DNA of 64,000 bases. Source: Bacteroidia bacterium. Lineage in GTDB: Bacteria; Bacteroidota; Bacteroidia; J057. This document shows, one piece after another, positions 36,126 to 44,541 of the stretch. The notes under the pieces were generated by a model. The model saw only the letters and a program-made list of their open reading frames with translations. It did no database searches and was not told the DNA's origin. Where the stretch lies: NCBI GenBank assembly GCA_041741415.1, contig JBGSKC010000032.1, forward strand, positions 20,446 through 84,445, given 5' to 3'. Position 1 is the stretch's first letter. Each line of letters begins with the position of its first letter. The translations under genes were made by a program, and so were the position numbers.

Positions 36126-36212
36126 CCACGGATACCCGCAGATGTTCACAGATCAGGAACCTGATTCTCCTCTGTGAATATCTGTGGTGAATCTCCCTGA
36201 TCTGTGGTAAAA
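36126..36212. repeat. composite palindromic element built from CACAGAT/ATCTGTG units
   Basis: CACAGATCAGG (36147..36157) is the exact reverse complement of CCTGATCTGTG (36196..36206). CAGATGTTCACA pairs with TGTGAATATCTG with one mismatch. There is an inner palindrome ATCAGGaaCCTGAT and direct repeats ATCTGTGGT(g/a)A. It lies between convergent genes. Confidence 0.6.
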
Positions 36213-36243
36213 ACTCCCCTTCTGAAAATTCACGCCAACGTGG

Positions 36244-37614
36244 CTATGAGCGTTGCTCAAGCAGCTGACCTTTTGCGTCTTTCACTGGCTGGGGCCCAGC
36301 AACCACAGCTGCTTCAGTTTGCGGCAGGGAGATGATCACCTCAGTTCCATGGCCTTCGAGCGATTGCAGCTGAATGCGGCCACCAGCTTGCGAAACAATG
36401 GTATGGCAAATAGACAGGCCCATGCCGCTGCCTTCAAAATCTTCGTTGGAATGCAAGCGGGAAAAGAGCTCGAATACCTTGATCTGGTATTCCGGAGAAA
36501 TACCAATGCCATTATCCCGGATCCGCAGGGTGACCATCTCCCCTTTCTGGCTGCCTGAAACCTTGACCACTGGCCTTTCAGACCGATTGTATTTGAGGCC
36601 GTTTTCCACCAGATTTTGGAGGAGGAGCTCAGCGTGGCCTTCCCACATTCTCACCGACGGGAGGCTGTCCCAATCGATGATGGCATTTTTTTCTTCTGTC
36701 CAGGCACCGAGGTTGAGCCTTACCTGCTCCATGACGGCATCGAGCGAAACGGTAACTTTGGTGCTTTGATCGCCCGTTTTGTCGAGCGTCGAAAAATCCA
36801 GCAAGTTCTGAACGAGCCTGGCCAGATGAGAACTTTGGCGGATGGCGAGGGCAAGAAGATTTGCTTTGGCTGCTGACACTTTGCCAGCTTCGCCTCGCGA
36901 GTAGGCCTCCAGGAGGTTGGAGATATTTTTTAGCGGTGATTTGATGTGATGGGAAATGGTGTGGGAATAGGTTTGAAGCAGTGCGTTGGAGCGGGCTAAG
37001 GCAGCATTTTTTTTCTCCAGCTCCATCATCACGGCCTCCACGCGCTGGTCGTGCTGCTCCTGAAGCGAGCCAAAGAACCACACCAACAAGCCTACGGCAA
37101 AGAAATTAGGCAGGAAGGTGATGGGATAAAGCAGCTGCGGGTACACCAGCGGAACGAACGGACCATGCATTTGGAGGAAAGTCTCCACAGCAAAAAAGGA
37201 GCAAAACAGGAGCATGACCAGGACAAGTCTGGCCCGTTTGGAGTCGAACATGATTACCCCGCCCACTCCCAGCACCATGAAGGTCATGTATCCGCCGATT
37301 TCCCGGCCAAACACACAAATCATGGCATTCATCACAAGCACACTCAATAAAATAATGCTCCATCTTGCCTGGAGATGCTCCCGCCGATAGGTAAGCCACT
37401 GACCTAGCAGGATGCAGCAAAGCAGCAAAACATTGAGTGCCGTGCTAAGCCACAGCGACAGGGCCAGGTTGATAATCACAACGACTACCATTACCGGCAT
37501 AAAAATCAGGAAAAAGCGATTCAACAGAATAATCCGATTCCGCTCTTTCCACGAATCATGGGCAGAAATGCCTGTCCTTTCCCAGGACTGGATAAACGCA
37601 CTGAACTGTGCCAT
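36244..37614 (-). CDS. membrane sensor histidine kinase
   Basis: About 6 TM segments. H-box YSHTISHHIKSPLKNI. HATPase motifs NLVENGLKYN, DNGIGI, GSGMGLSIC. Confidence 0.9.
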   Translation of the reverse strand: MAQFSAFIQSWERTGISAHDSWKERNRIILLNRFFLIFMPVMVVVVIINLALSLWLSTALNVLLLCCILLGQWLTYRREHLQARWSIILLSVLVMNAMICVFGREIGGYMTFMVLGVGGVIMFDSKRARLVLVMLLFCSFFAVETFLQMHGPFVPLVYPQLLYPITFLPNFFAVGLLVWFFGSLQEQHDQRVEAVMMELEKKNAALARSNALLQTYSHTISHHIKSPLKNISNLLEAYSRGEAGKVSAAKANLLALAIRQSSHLARLVQNLLDFSTLDKTGDQSTKVTVSLDAVMEQVRLNLGAWTEEKNAIIDWDSLPSVRMWEGHAELLLQNLVENGLKYNRSERPVVKVSGSQKGEMVTLRIRDNGIGISPEYQIKVFELFSRLHSNEDFEGSGMGLSICHTIVSQAGGRIQLQSLEGHGTEVIISLPQTEAAVVAGPQPVKDAKGQLLEQRS

Positions 37615-37803
37615 ACAGGGGGGCGCTGATGGTTGACATCCAAGAACTTAATTGGCCAGGGAAATGGCAGCGAAAATTGAATACGTGATCAAAAAGCTAC
37701 TGCAAAAACCCTGCAAATCAAAACAAGATTCATGCACATTCTGCCAGATGGCCCGATCATTTGCGCAGGGCCGGCTTCGTCACACTTGCTTATCATCCAA
37801 TCC

Positions 37804-38595
37804 TTATTCATTAGCAAGGCCCATCAGGCCCAGAAGCAGGGGCTCCTCTTGCAGCACGAGGGCGGTAACCACTGCCTGTCCTTCGCCATACACAATCCTG
37901 TCGGCCAGATCGCGCATATACCCTGAAAAGTACAGCGGAACGACCAGGCTGTCATTTTGGAGGCTCACTTCGATGAAATAATTGGGGTGAAATTGTGCCT
38001 GCTCCGGAACTCCCTCCTGGTAGGAACGCGGGTATCCCTTCACCGGCACCCTCACGATGTTCCCGGTCAGCAAAGAATCTGGTGAGGCGAGTTCCCAGCG
38101 AATGGCTGCACCCTCTGTGGCCAGCTCACGTAGGCCCAGAAGCAGCGCCGGAAGGTATTGTTGCTGCGCCAGAAAGGGCCTCATTTGCTCAATTACCAAG
38201 CCTGCAATGGTGTCGGAAACAGCCCATTCGAGGCCGTGCCCCACCTCCACTTTTACTTCCCGCACCTGCTCAGAAAGGTAGATGATGGCCCCGTTGTTCA
38301 TGCCAGGCTTTCCAGGCTGGATTTTCCGGATCATGTCGAGAGCAAAAGCTGCGATGCCGCCTTCGCCAGGATCACCCACAGTTACCACAACCAGGTCCAG
38401 CCCTAAGCTGGCCTCAAGGGCCCGGATGCTGTCGCCAAGGATCGCCTCCTCCTCCAGGCTAAACAGGTTGCCCAGGTCCTGAACATCCGCCCGGGCAAGA
38501 CCGGGGTCTGTGGATGCAGGTGCCTCGCTTTCACACCCAGCCAGCAGAAAAGAAAACAAAAAAGCCAGAAAAATGGACAGATTGGTCGGTTTCAT
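37804..38595 (-). CDS. TPM-domain (TLP18.3/Psb32/MOLO-1-type) lipoprotein
   Basis: Lipobox FLLAGC. VQDLGNLFSLEEEAILGDSIRALEASLGLDLVVVTV...NNGAIIYLS...VEVGHGLE fits the TPM domain. Confidence 0.75.
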   Translation of the reverse strand: MKPTNLSIFLAFLFSFLLAGCESEAPASTDPGLARADVQDLGNLFSLEEEAILGDSIRALEASLGLDLVVVTVGDPGEGGIAAFALDMIRKIQPGKPGMNNGAIIYLSEQVREVKVEVGHGLEWAVSDTIAGLVIEQMRPFLAQQQYLPALLLGLRELATEGAAIRWELASPDSLLTGNIVRVPVKGYPRSYQEGVPEQAQFHPNYFIEVSLQNDSLVVPLYFSGYMRDLADRIVYGEGQAVVTALVLQEEPLLLGLMGLANE

Positions 38596-38614
38596 CAGTC
38601 AGTTCCTTGTGTCT

Positions 38615-38622
38615 CAAACTTA
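38615..38622 (-). promoter_or_regulatory. candidate -7 box TAAGTTTG (TAnnTTTG) for the TPM-domain lipoprotein gene
   Basis: The plus strand reads caaactta at 38615..38622, only 20 nt upstream of the ATG at 38595. That implies a short leader, so this is a weak call. Confidence 0.25.
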
Positions 38623-38815
38623 CTTCCAAAAACTAATATTCGGGAGAACTATCAGATCTGTCCTCCCCTCATCCCTGAAAAACGCGATTGTCGCTCTCCT
38701 CCGTGTTGCAGGGCTGATTGGAACAGGGAATGTAAGCTCCGCCTCAACTATGCTGGCTGACGAATGCTGAACCTCTGACCTGTTTTTTCCTTACCTTTCC
38801 CCTAAAAATTCGCTC

Positions 38816-40063
38816 ATGGCTTCCTTCCAGCACCAGGCCCTCGACCGCTTTCTCCAATACGTCACCATCGACACCCAATCCGATCCCCACTCCCCCACCC
38901 AGCCCTCCACCGACAAGCAGAAAAACCTTAGCCGCCTGCTGGTGAAGGAATTACATGAACTGGGAATCTCCTATGCCGAACTGGATGAGCACGGCTACGT
39001 CTACGCCACCATCCCCGCCACTGTGGCTCACCCCGTACCGGTCATTTGCTTCTGTTCCCACGTTGATACCTCGCCCGATGCCAGCGGGGCCGGGGTCAAC
39101 CCCCTCGTTCATGCCAATTACCAGGGCCAGAACCTCGTGCTGCCCGATGATCCGCGCATTGTCATCCGCCTCGCCGAACACCCCGATCTTGCCGGGCAAC
39201 TGGGCCACGACATCGTGACGGCCTCCGGCACCACCCTCCTCGGTGCCGACAACAAAGCCGGGGTTGCCGCCATCATGGACGCCGCCGCCCATTTCATGGC
39301 CCACCCCGAACTGCCCCACGGCACCATCAAAATCCTCTTTACCCCCGACGAAGAAATCGGCAGAGGCGTGAACAAAGTCGACCTCCGTCGGCTCGGCGCG
39401 GATTTCGCCTATACCATCGACGGCGAAAAAGTCGGAACCCTGGAAGATGAAACCTTCTCGGCTGACGGAGCCGTGCTCACCTTCCATGGCGTGAGCGCCC
39501 ACCCCGGCTTCGCCAAAGGCAAGCTCCAAAATTCCCTCAAAATGGCCGGGGCCCTGCTCCACAAACTCCCTTTCCACCTGTCGCCGGAAGGAACCGAAGG
39601 CAGAGAAGGCTTCCTCCATCCGGTCGAAGTGAAAGGCCAGGCAGAAGAAGCCAGCATCACCTTCATCCTGCGCGATTTTGACGCCCGCCAGCTTCCCGGC
39701 TATGGCGACCTCATCCGTTCTCTCGCAGCTGAGGTATGTGCCGATTTCCCCGGTACTTCTTTTTCCTATATTCAAAAAGAACAGTACCGGAACATGAAAC
39801 AGGTCTTAGACCAGTATCCGAAAGTGGTTGCGCTGGCTGAGGAGGCCATGAAGCGCGTGGGACTGACGCCGGAAAAAAGATCCATTCGCGGCGGGACCGA
39901 CGGCAGCCGCCTCTCTTTCATGGGCTTGCCCACAGCCAATCTTTTTGCCGGCGAGCACGCCTTCCACTCCAAATATGAATGGGTATCGCGGCAGGACATG
40001 GAAAAAGCCGCTGAAACCATGGTGGAACTGGCCCTCCTCTGGGCTGAAGACGCCAAAGCCTGA
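38816..40063 (+). CDS. pepT: peptidase T (tripeptide aminopeptidase)
   Basis: LDRFLQYVTIDTQSD, CSHVDTSPD, GADNKAGVAAIM, TPDEEIG and GGTDGS are M20B PepT hallmarks. Confidence 0.9.
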   Translation: MASFQHQALDRFLQYVTIDTQSDPHSPTQPSTDKQKNLSRLLVKELHELGISYAELDEHGYVYATIPATVAHPVPVICFCSHVDTSPDASGAGVNPLVHANYQGQNLVLPDDPRIVIRLAEHPDLAGQLGHDIVTASGTTLLGADNKAGVAAIMDAAAHFMAHPELPHGTIKILFTPDEEIGRGVNKVDLRRLGADFAYTIDGEKVGTLEDETFSADGAVLTFHGVSAHPGFAKGKLQNSLKMAGALLHKLPFHLSPEGTEGREGFLHPVEVKGQAEEASITFILRDFDARQLPGYGDLIRSLAAEVCADFPGTSFSYIQKEQYRNMKQVLDQYPKVVALAEEAMKRVGLTPEKRSIRGGTDGSRLSFMGLPTANLFAGEHAFHSKYEWVSRQDMEKAAETMVELALLWAEDAKA

Positions 40064-40136
40064 CCCCCGGATGCACAAAGCCCGGCGCAGGAATGATCCA
40101 ACGCCGGGCTGAGGTAAATAGATCGCAGCGACTGTT

Positions 40137-41423
40137 TCACACGAGCATCCGCACGGGGTTTTCCAGCAATTGCTTGAGGGTAACGAGGAACTCGGATCCC
40201 TTCATGCCATCCACCACGCGGTGGTCGCAGGAGAGGGTAACCTTCATTACTTTGCCTGGCACCACCTGGCCATTTTTCACAACCGGCTTGTCGAGAATAC
40301 CCCCGATGGCGAGGATACAGGCGTCGGGCGGGTTGATGATGGCGGTGAATTCTTCGATGCCAAACATGCCCAGGTTCGAGACGGTGAAGGTGTTTCCTTC
40401 CCAGTCTTTGGGCTGGAGCTTGCGGTCGCGGGCCTTGGTGGCGAGGTCTTTGGCTTCAGCAGAAATGGCAGCGAGCCCTTTGTGGTTGGCGAAGCGAATA
40501 ACAGGAACGAGCAAACCTTCGTCGATGGCCACGGCCATGCCGATGTGGACATGCTGGTTATAGCGGATGGTATCACCAAGCCAGGAGGCATTGATGGCGG
40601 GGTGCTTTTGCAGGGCAACAGCTACCGCCTTGATGACCATGTCGTTGAACGAAACCTTCACCGGAGACACCTCATTGATCGACTGGCGGGCAGCTACAGC
40701 CTGGTCCATGTCGATTTCCATGGTGAGGTAAAAGTGCGGAGCGGTAAACTTGCTCTCGCTGAGGCGGCGGGCAATTGTTTTCCGCATTTGGGAGACTGCT
40801 TTCTCCTCAAATTTTTCCTCGCCCATCACAGTGGGCAGGGGCATTGCGGCGGCAGCCGGGGCAGCAGCCTGGCTGGGGACAAAGGTTTCCACATCTCGCT
40901 TCACGACGCGGCCATGCTCACCGGAGCCTGCCACCATGGCGATGTCGATGCCTTTATCTTTGGCGAGTGCTTTTGCGAGCGGCGAAGCTTTCACGCGGCC
41001 ATCGGAAGAAGCTGCTGTAGCTGCAGGAGCCACAGCAACCGGTGCCGGAGCAGCGGGAGCAGGACTTGGCGCAGGAGCTGCCACCGGGGCCGGAGCGGGT
41101 TTAGGGGTGGCTGGAGCGGCGGCAGCAGGTTCAGGTGCAGCAGGGGCGCTGGGTGCAGAAGAAAGCAAGCCCGAAATGTCTTCTCCCTGGGCACCGATCA
41201 CAACCATGAGGTCGCCAACGGGGATCCCTTTCCCTTCGCCGGCACCAACAAACAGGACCGTTCCCTGAAAATCAGACTCCACGTCCATGGTAGCCTTGTC
41301 GGTTTCCACTTCAGCGAGCAGGTCTCCCGGTTTCACGGTGTCTCCTACTTTTACGTGCCAGGCGGCGATCACCCCTTCGGTCATGGTGTCGCTAAGGCGG
41401 GGCATTTTGATGACTTCTGCCAT
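40137..41423 (-). CDS. dihydrolipoamide acyltransferase (E2) of a 2-oxoacid (probably pyruvate) dehydrogenase complex
   Basis: Lipoyl domain (LAEVETDKATMDVES), an Ala/Pro linker, an E3-binding domain (ASPLAKALAKDKGIDI) and a catalytic domain with SCDHRVVDG. Confidence 0.92.
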   Translation of the reverse strand: MAEVIKMPRLSDTMTEGVIAAWHVKVGDTVKPGDLLAEVETDKATMDVESDFQGTVLFVGAGEGKGIPVGDLMVVIGAQGEDISGLLSSAPSAPAAPEPAAAAPATPKPAPAPVAAPAPSPAPAAPAPVAVAPAATAASSDGRVKASPLAKALAKDKGIDIAMVAGSGEHGRVVKRDVETFVPSQAAAPAAAAMPLPTVMGEEKFEEKAVSQMRKTIARRLSESKFTAPHFYLTMEIDMDQAVAARQSINEVSPVKVSFNDMVIKAVAVALQKHPAINASWLGDTIRYNQHVHIGMAVAIDEGLLVPVIRFANHKGLAAISAEAKDLATKARDRKLQPKDWEGNTFTVSNLGMFGIEEFTAIINPPDACILAIGGILDKPVVKNGQVVPGKVMKVTLSCDHRVVDGMKGSEFLVTLKQLLENPVRMLV

Positions 41424-41454
41424 GAATATATGTCTCTGCGTGTTTTGTTCAGCC

Positions 41455-41462
41455 CAAAATTA
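41455..41462 (-). promoter_or_regulatory. candidate -7 box TAATTTTG (TAnnTTTG) for the E2 gene
   Basis: The plus strand reads caaaatta. 32 nt upstream of the ATG at 41423. Confidence 0.35.
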
Positions 41463-41530
41463 GAGAAAGCTGGGTAAATACGAAACGCAAATACAGCATA
41501 CGCCCTGCTTTTTCCTAACCGGCCTTTTCT

Positions 41531-42892
41531 TTAGCGCAGGCGAACCCCCAATTCCAGACCGACTTGAAAAGGCCGTTGCTTTTCTGCGGCCTGCCCGGCG
41601 AAGGCAGGATTGACCTGTGTACTGATTTCGGCACCCAGTACCCACTGCAAACGGCTGCCTGCCTGGGCCACATAGCGGGTTTGCAGCGAGAGCCGACTTT
41701 GCCAGGGCAACACTTCCAAAATTGGCGACGAAACCGGTGGCTGCGCAGGCAGGTTCTGGCTATTGTTTGTTCCAAGGTCAAATTGAAGAGCCTCCTGCTG
41801 GTTCAGGCTTCTGCCGGTGCTGGCCCAGCTTCGAAGCAAGGTCCAGCCAACACCATGTTCCATGTGCCCTTTGCCCAGCGGCTGGATCCAGTAAAGGCTC
41901 AGCGGTAAGCCAACTGAGTAATGCTGAAAGGCGGCCGGAGACTGAAACTGAACATTGGAGCTGTCAAGGGCATTTTCAAAACTGGCTACCGGAGCCCACA
42001 CGAAATCTTCCCCGGTCACATCGCCAAGCACTGCGCGGCCTCCATAGCCAATTTGTGCCAGCAATCCTGCCGACACCCGCCAGCGGGGTGCAACGGCATA
42101 CCCCAACTCCGAAGTCAGGCCTAGATACCAAATCGGGAACCGCACCGAAGCTACTTGGACCTCTTCCATTTGTGTCTCAAGGCCGCGGTTGGCATAGCCG
42201 ACAAAATCGGCGCTATAGGATTTGGAGACAAAAATGGTACTCTGAGCAGTTGCAGCATAGGCGGTGGAAAGGCCAAGATCAAGGCTCCATTTACTCCTTC
42301 CTGGTAAAATAGAAGGCAAAATCAGTCGTGAGGCTGGCAAAACTGGATGGTGGCCAAGGCTGGTTGCTTCCGCAGGAGCCAACGGGGAGAGCGCCCCGCC
42401 AAATTCAGTAGTTGTTGCAGCGGATCCTGGAATAACGGGGTCATAAAAGGCGAGAGCCGGATTTACCTTTGGCTCAACCGACGTCGGCAAGTCAGGCGTG
42501 CTGGTGGGTTGTTCCGGCGAAAAGTGACTCTCTTCCTTTGTGCTGATGGCTGAATTACGGGAGGGGATTACCGGCGCTGCCGCTTCCCTGCGGGGGGCAG
42601 GCGGCAGTTGAGCGGGGGAGGCAGGCGAAGAACAGGGTTGTTCGGGCGCTGCGGGAACTGGCTCCACCACAATCGCGGCTGGTTGCACGGCGGGCTCAAC
42701 ATTCACCCACAGCAGTCCCATGCCGAGCAGAGAAACAGCCGCCATGGACCACCACATCCAGAGGAGGGGGCGGCGACGCCTGGGCGGAGGAGCGATGCCC
42801 GCCCGGATCTGCTCCCAAAGGGCAGGTGGCGGCGCTATCTCGGCCTGAGCAAGGCGCTCGCGGAGTTTTTGTTCGAATTGTTCAGACGACAT
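41531..42892 (-). CDS. putative anti-sigma factor: N-terminal cytoplasmic segment, one TM helix, Pro-rich linker and beta-barrel-like C-terminal half
   Basis: It overlaps the ECF sigma stop by 11 nt. RRRRPLLWMWWSMAAVSLLGMGLLWV is the TM helix. Then comes a Pro/Ala-rich spacer of about 130 aa, then about 250 aa of alternating beta-strand pattern ending in GLELGVRLR. Confidence 0.6.
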   Translation of the reverse strand: MSSEQFEQKLRERLAQAEIAPPPALWEQIRAGIAPPPRRRRPLLWMWWSMAAVSLLGMGLLWVNVEPAVQPAAIVVEPVPAAPEQPCSSPASPAQLPPAPRREAAAPVIPSRNSAISTKEESHFSPEQPTSTPDLPTSVEPKVNPALAFYDPVIPGSAATTTEFGGALSPLAPAEATSLGHHPVLPASRLILPSILPGRSKWSLDLGLSTAYAATAQSTIFVSKSYSADFVGYANRGLETQMEEVQVASVRFPIWYLGLTSELGYAVAPRWRVSAGLLAQIGYGGRAVLGDVTGEDFVWAPVASFENALDSSNVQFQSPAAFQHYSVGLPLSLYWIQPLGKGHMEHGVGWTLLRSWASTGRSLNQQEALQFDLGTNNSQNLPAQPPVSSPILEVLPWQSRLSLQTRYVAQAGSRLQWVLGAEISTQVNPAFAGQAAEKQRPFQVGLELGVRLR

Positions 42893-43451
42893 CCTTGTAA
42901 ACCTTTTCTTCCATGTAAACCTGTTCTATTCGCTTTCTCAGCAGGCCCCTCGCACGGGTGTACTGGGATCTGGAGGTACTTTCTGTGATGCCCAACTGCT
43001 CGCCGATTTCTGCATGGGAAAATCCTTCGATGGCATACAGGTTAAAAATCATGCGATAGCCGTCGGGAAGGCTTTGCACTACTTTGAGGAGGGTTTCCAG
43101 CTCCAGGTGATCGAGTGCATTTTCAGTGTGTGAGCTCAGGTGGACCGCCTCGCTGGCATCCTGTTCGAGCAGCTGGTGCTTGTGCTTTCGCAGGTGGTCG
43201 ATGGCGGTGTTGACAACGATTCGGCGAATCCAGCCTTCGAGCGAGCCGCGGTCGTCGTACCTGGAAATGTTCTGGAACACCTTGATGAAGGCTTCCTGAA
43301 GCATGTCGAGGGCGTCGTCGTGCTTGCGGGCATAGCGGTGGCAAACAGCCAGCATGGCAGGCGCGAAGCGGTCATAGAGACAGCGTTGGGCGTGGCTGTC
43401 GCCGCGCTTGCATCCTTCCACCAACCCGGTATGGCTGTATTTCTCAGGCAC
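42882..43451 (-). CDS. ECF-type RNA polymerase sigma-70 factor
   Basis: Region 2 (DDALDMLQEAFIKVFQNISRYD...GWIRRIVVNTAIDHLR) and region 4 (YRMIFNLYAIEGFSHAEIGEQLGITESTSRSQYTRARGLL). Confidence 0.9.
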   Translation of the reverse strand: MPEKYSHTGLVEGCKRGDSHAQRCLYDRFAPAMLAVCHRYARKHDDALDMLQEAFIKVFQNISRYDDRGSLEGWIRRIVVNTAIDHLRKHKHQLLEQDASEAVHLSSHTENALDHLELETLLKVVQSLPDGYRMIFNLYAIEGFSHAEIGEQLGITESTSRSQYTRARGLLRKRIEQVYMEEKVYKDVV

Positions 43452-43612
43452 GAACCACGCTCACTTAATCGTTGATTGACCGCACACAAAACGGAGGCAC
43501 GCAGGGATGTGCTGCATGGGAGGGGAAAAATAATCAATCCCCGCGATCTCACGGAGACTCATTGCCCGGTTGTGTTGCACGGCTGGCGGCGGGGCTGTGA
43601 TTGGCAGAACCA

Positions 43613-43643
43613 TTATGAGGGGGTGCGACCCTCATCAGGGTTA
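43613..43643. repeat. nested palindromic repeat at the left edge of the toxin-antitoxin cassette: ATGAGGGGG then GACCCTCATCAGGGTT
   Basis: tatgagggggtgcgaccctcatcagggtta contains the ATGAGGG arm and an ACCCTCATnAGGGTT unit shared with 27518 and 44507. Confidence 0.7.
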
Positions 43644-43687
43644 TCTTGAACGGCTTGCACACCCGGTGCTAAGCGACCCTTCTTTTC

Positions 43688-44149
43688 CTATCCCTGTTCA
43701 ATCACCACAACTTTGAAAAAAACCGTGTCAAGGTGAGAGAAATCCTGATCGGCGGTCAGGAGTATTGCACCAAGCGCATGAGTTGTCGCAGCGATCCAAA
43801 GGTCGTTTTTCCCCATATTTCTCGCGGTAAGCCCTTGGGGTAGAGATAAAGTTGGGTGCTTACCCTGGCTGAAGATATCAATCGCAATGTAGCTTCTGAG
43901 CAGCTTATCATTGGGGTCTCCCGCTGTGCCAATGATCGATACCTGACTGAATAATTCGATTAATTCCTTCATTTTCTTTTCACCCCAACCAAGCTTAGCC
44001 GCCAACGACAAGATTTCTGCTACTGAAGCAAAGCTTAGATGGGCACGGTTGCCTGGTCCAAAGGGATCAAACACACGGTCAACGAATTGCCAAGTCTCAG
44101 ACCTGCGAACCAAATGTATGATAAGGCTGGTATCCAGAACGTAGTTCAT
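43688..44149 (-). CDS. PIN-domain toxin (VapC-like)
   Basis: MNYVLDTSLIIHL (first acidic residue), SVAEIL, NDLWIAATT and LLTADQDF match the PIN acidic quartet layout. 153 aa. Its start overlaps the upstream gene's stop (ATGA). Confidence 0.85.
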   Translation of the reverse strand: MNYVLDTSLIIHLVRRSETWQFVDRVFDPFGPGNRAHLSFASVAEILSLAAKLGWGEKKMKELIELFSQVSIIGTAGDPNDKLLRSYIAIDIFSQGKHPTLSLPQGLTARNMGKNDLWIAATTHALGAILLTADQDFSHLDTVFFKVVVIEQG

Positions 44150-44436
44150 GCCTCAAGCATTTGAAGCAATTCGTCGACAGACTCATCTCCGGGCCACTGG
44201 CCGACTATGGCAGACTTAGCGGCATGGGGATAGGCATAATAGGGCGATAAAGCCTCCTCTGCGGTGAATACCTGAAGGGTTGAAAAGGAAGGCAGGAAAC
44301 TCGTTGGATCAGAAGCATCGCCGGAGACCCTCATAGTTTGAGCACGATAGGTCTCTGCCAGAGTCAACAACTCTTGCAAGGTTCGATGGTCATCAATCCC
44401 CAGCACGGTCAAAATGATTTGCTCCTTCAGCGTCAT
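44146..44436 (-). CDS. putative cognate antitoxin (96 aa, unrecognised fold)
   Basis: It sits immediately upstream of the PIN gene with a 4-nt ATGA overlap, and has an acidic C-terminus (GDESVDELLQMLEA). I recognise no RHH, AbrB, Phd or HTH motif. Confidence 0.6.
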   Translation of the reverse strand: MTLKEQIILTVLGIDDHRTLQELLTLAETYRAQTMRVSGDASDPTSFLPSFSTLQVFTAEEALSPYYAYPHAAKSAIVGQWPGDESVDELLQMLEA

Positions 44437-44493
44437 GAATTCTTCTTTCCTGATCGCGTTATACTTCCTTCCATCTAAAATAGTTAATCTAAC

Positions 44494-44529
44494 CGAATCC
44501 CCAAGTAACCCTCATAAGGGTTGGATTCG
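44494..44529. repeat. palindromic repeat at the right edge of the toxin-antitoxin cassette: CGAATCC-ccaagt-AACCCTcataAGGGTT-GGATTCG
   Basis: AACCCTCATAAGGGTT (44507..44522) is nested in an outer 7-bp stem. It lies 71 nt upstream of the antitoxin ATG and 13 nt downstream of the cca stop. Confidence 0.75.
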
Positions 44530-44541
44530 CTCACCTCTCCC

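Noticed and set aside
40990-41170. Repetitive GC-rich DNA that might look like a tandem or CRISPR-like repeat
   Set aside because: It encodes the Ala/Pro-rich inter-domain linker of E2. There is no fixed repeat unit or spacer structure. No CRISPR-like array was seen anywhere in the window.
40170-41477. 435-aa plus-strand ORF
   Set aside because: It is antisense to the E2 acyltransferase gene, which has lipoyl, E3-binding and catalytic motifs. The translation is low-complexity (G/R/S/H-rich).
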